A stretch of DNA of 64,000 bases, from contig CM059431.1 of assembly GCA_030390025.1 (NCBI GenBank), forward strand, positions 133,178,001 to 133,242,000. Direction: 5' to 3'. The translations under genes were made by a program, and so were the position numbers. The notes beneath the pieces were generated by a model, which did not search any database, was not told the DNA's origin, and was given only the letters and a program-made list of their open reading frames with translations. Position 1 is the stretch's first letter. Each line of letters opens with the position of its first letter. Source of the stretch: Squalus acanthias (taxonomy: Eukaryota). Positions 63,171 to 64,000 of the stretch are shown here, in pieces.

Positions 63171-63523
63171 ACCTTCCCCTCCACATGCATACAAAATATT
63201 ACAAATGACAAGGTAGTTTGCTTATATAACTGTCATTGCACTTCTAAAAAAAAAAAAATCATTCATTAGGTAAAAAGCACTTTGAGATGTTTTGATGTGA
63301 AAGGCACTCATATTGTTTAGTTCACTTGTCAATCTATTGAAGGCAAGCTTACATTTAGCATAAAAGTGGTGGCAATACATTAACAATTTATAACAGCAGG
63401 GAAAACAAAAAAAGTTGATTTTAATTCTATTCCGTACAATAAGTTTAAGTTTAGATATAAAAGAATCAGTGCTTCATGATCAATACTATGGGCACTTATT
63501 AAACCAGCTCACCATAAGGCTCA

Positions 63524-63757
<234 letters not shown>

Positions 63758-64000
63758 TCATCATACATTGTACTATGCAAGTCAAAATCAGAAACAGCTT
63801 GTCAATGACACATTCTAAACAATATTTCAAAAAAACAGCACTACTGGGTTAGGGAGGGAGAAAACAAATCAGTTGCTGATAGGTATTCAGTGACTCTGAT
63901 GGAAAGTGACTCTGATGGAAAGTAGTTATGTGTGGAAACAGGTTAAAACAGAATGAAGCATTATTGCAATGCTCCCTATGCTCAAACTCCCTCTCTGTCT

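Noticed and set aside
63889..63923. 16-bp tandem duplication agtgactctgatggaa
   Set aside because: Simple local slippage inside an old repeat; it contains CTGATG but no hammerhead architecture.

Overview
Vertebrate genomic DNA, most likely from a cartilaginous fish (inferred from the repeat content, not proven). The window holds the 3' part of an ABCC4/MRP4-type ABC transporter gene on the minus strand. Five coding exons of the second nucleotide-binding domain are present (156, 90, 173, 106 and 135 bp), separated by introns of about 21.5, 9.9, 17.4 and 9.4 kb. I did not find the terminal exon, and there is one candidate 27-nt micro-exon. The introns are filled with nested mobile DNA: CR1-type LINEs, L2-like and SINE remnants, and two full-length but disabled PIF/Harbinger transposons (a DDE nuclease gene converging on a three-exon Myb/SANT-like gene) with their non-autonomous derivatives. 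There are also Penelope-like retroelement ends carrying minimal hammerhead-ribozyme motifs. The most notable observations are a 136-bp TSD-flanked unit made only of an intact hammerhead plus tail, a Harbinger derivative inserted exactly at a hammerhead cleavage triplet, and a 123-bp templated self-insertion in a CR1. From sequence alone I cannot establish that any system here is previously undescribed; most pieces belong to known families.
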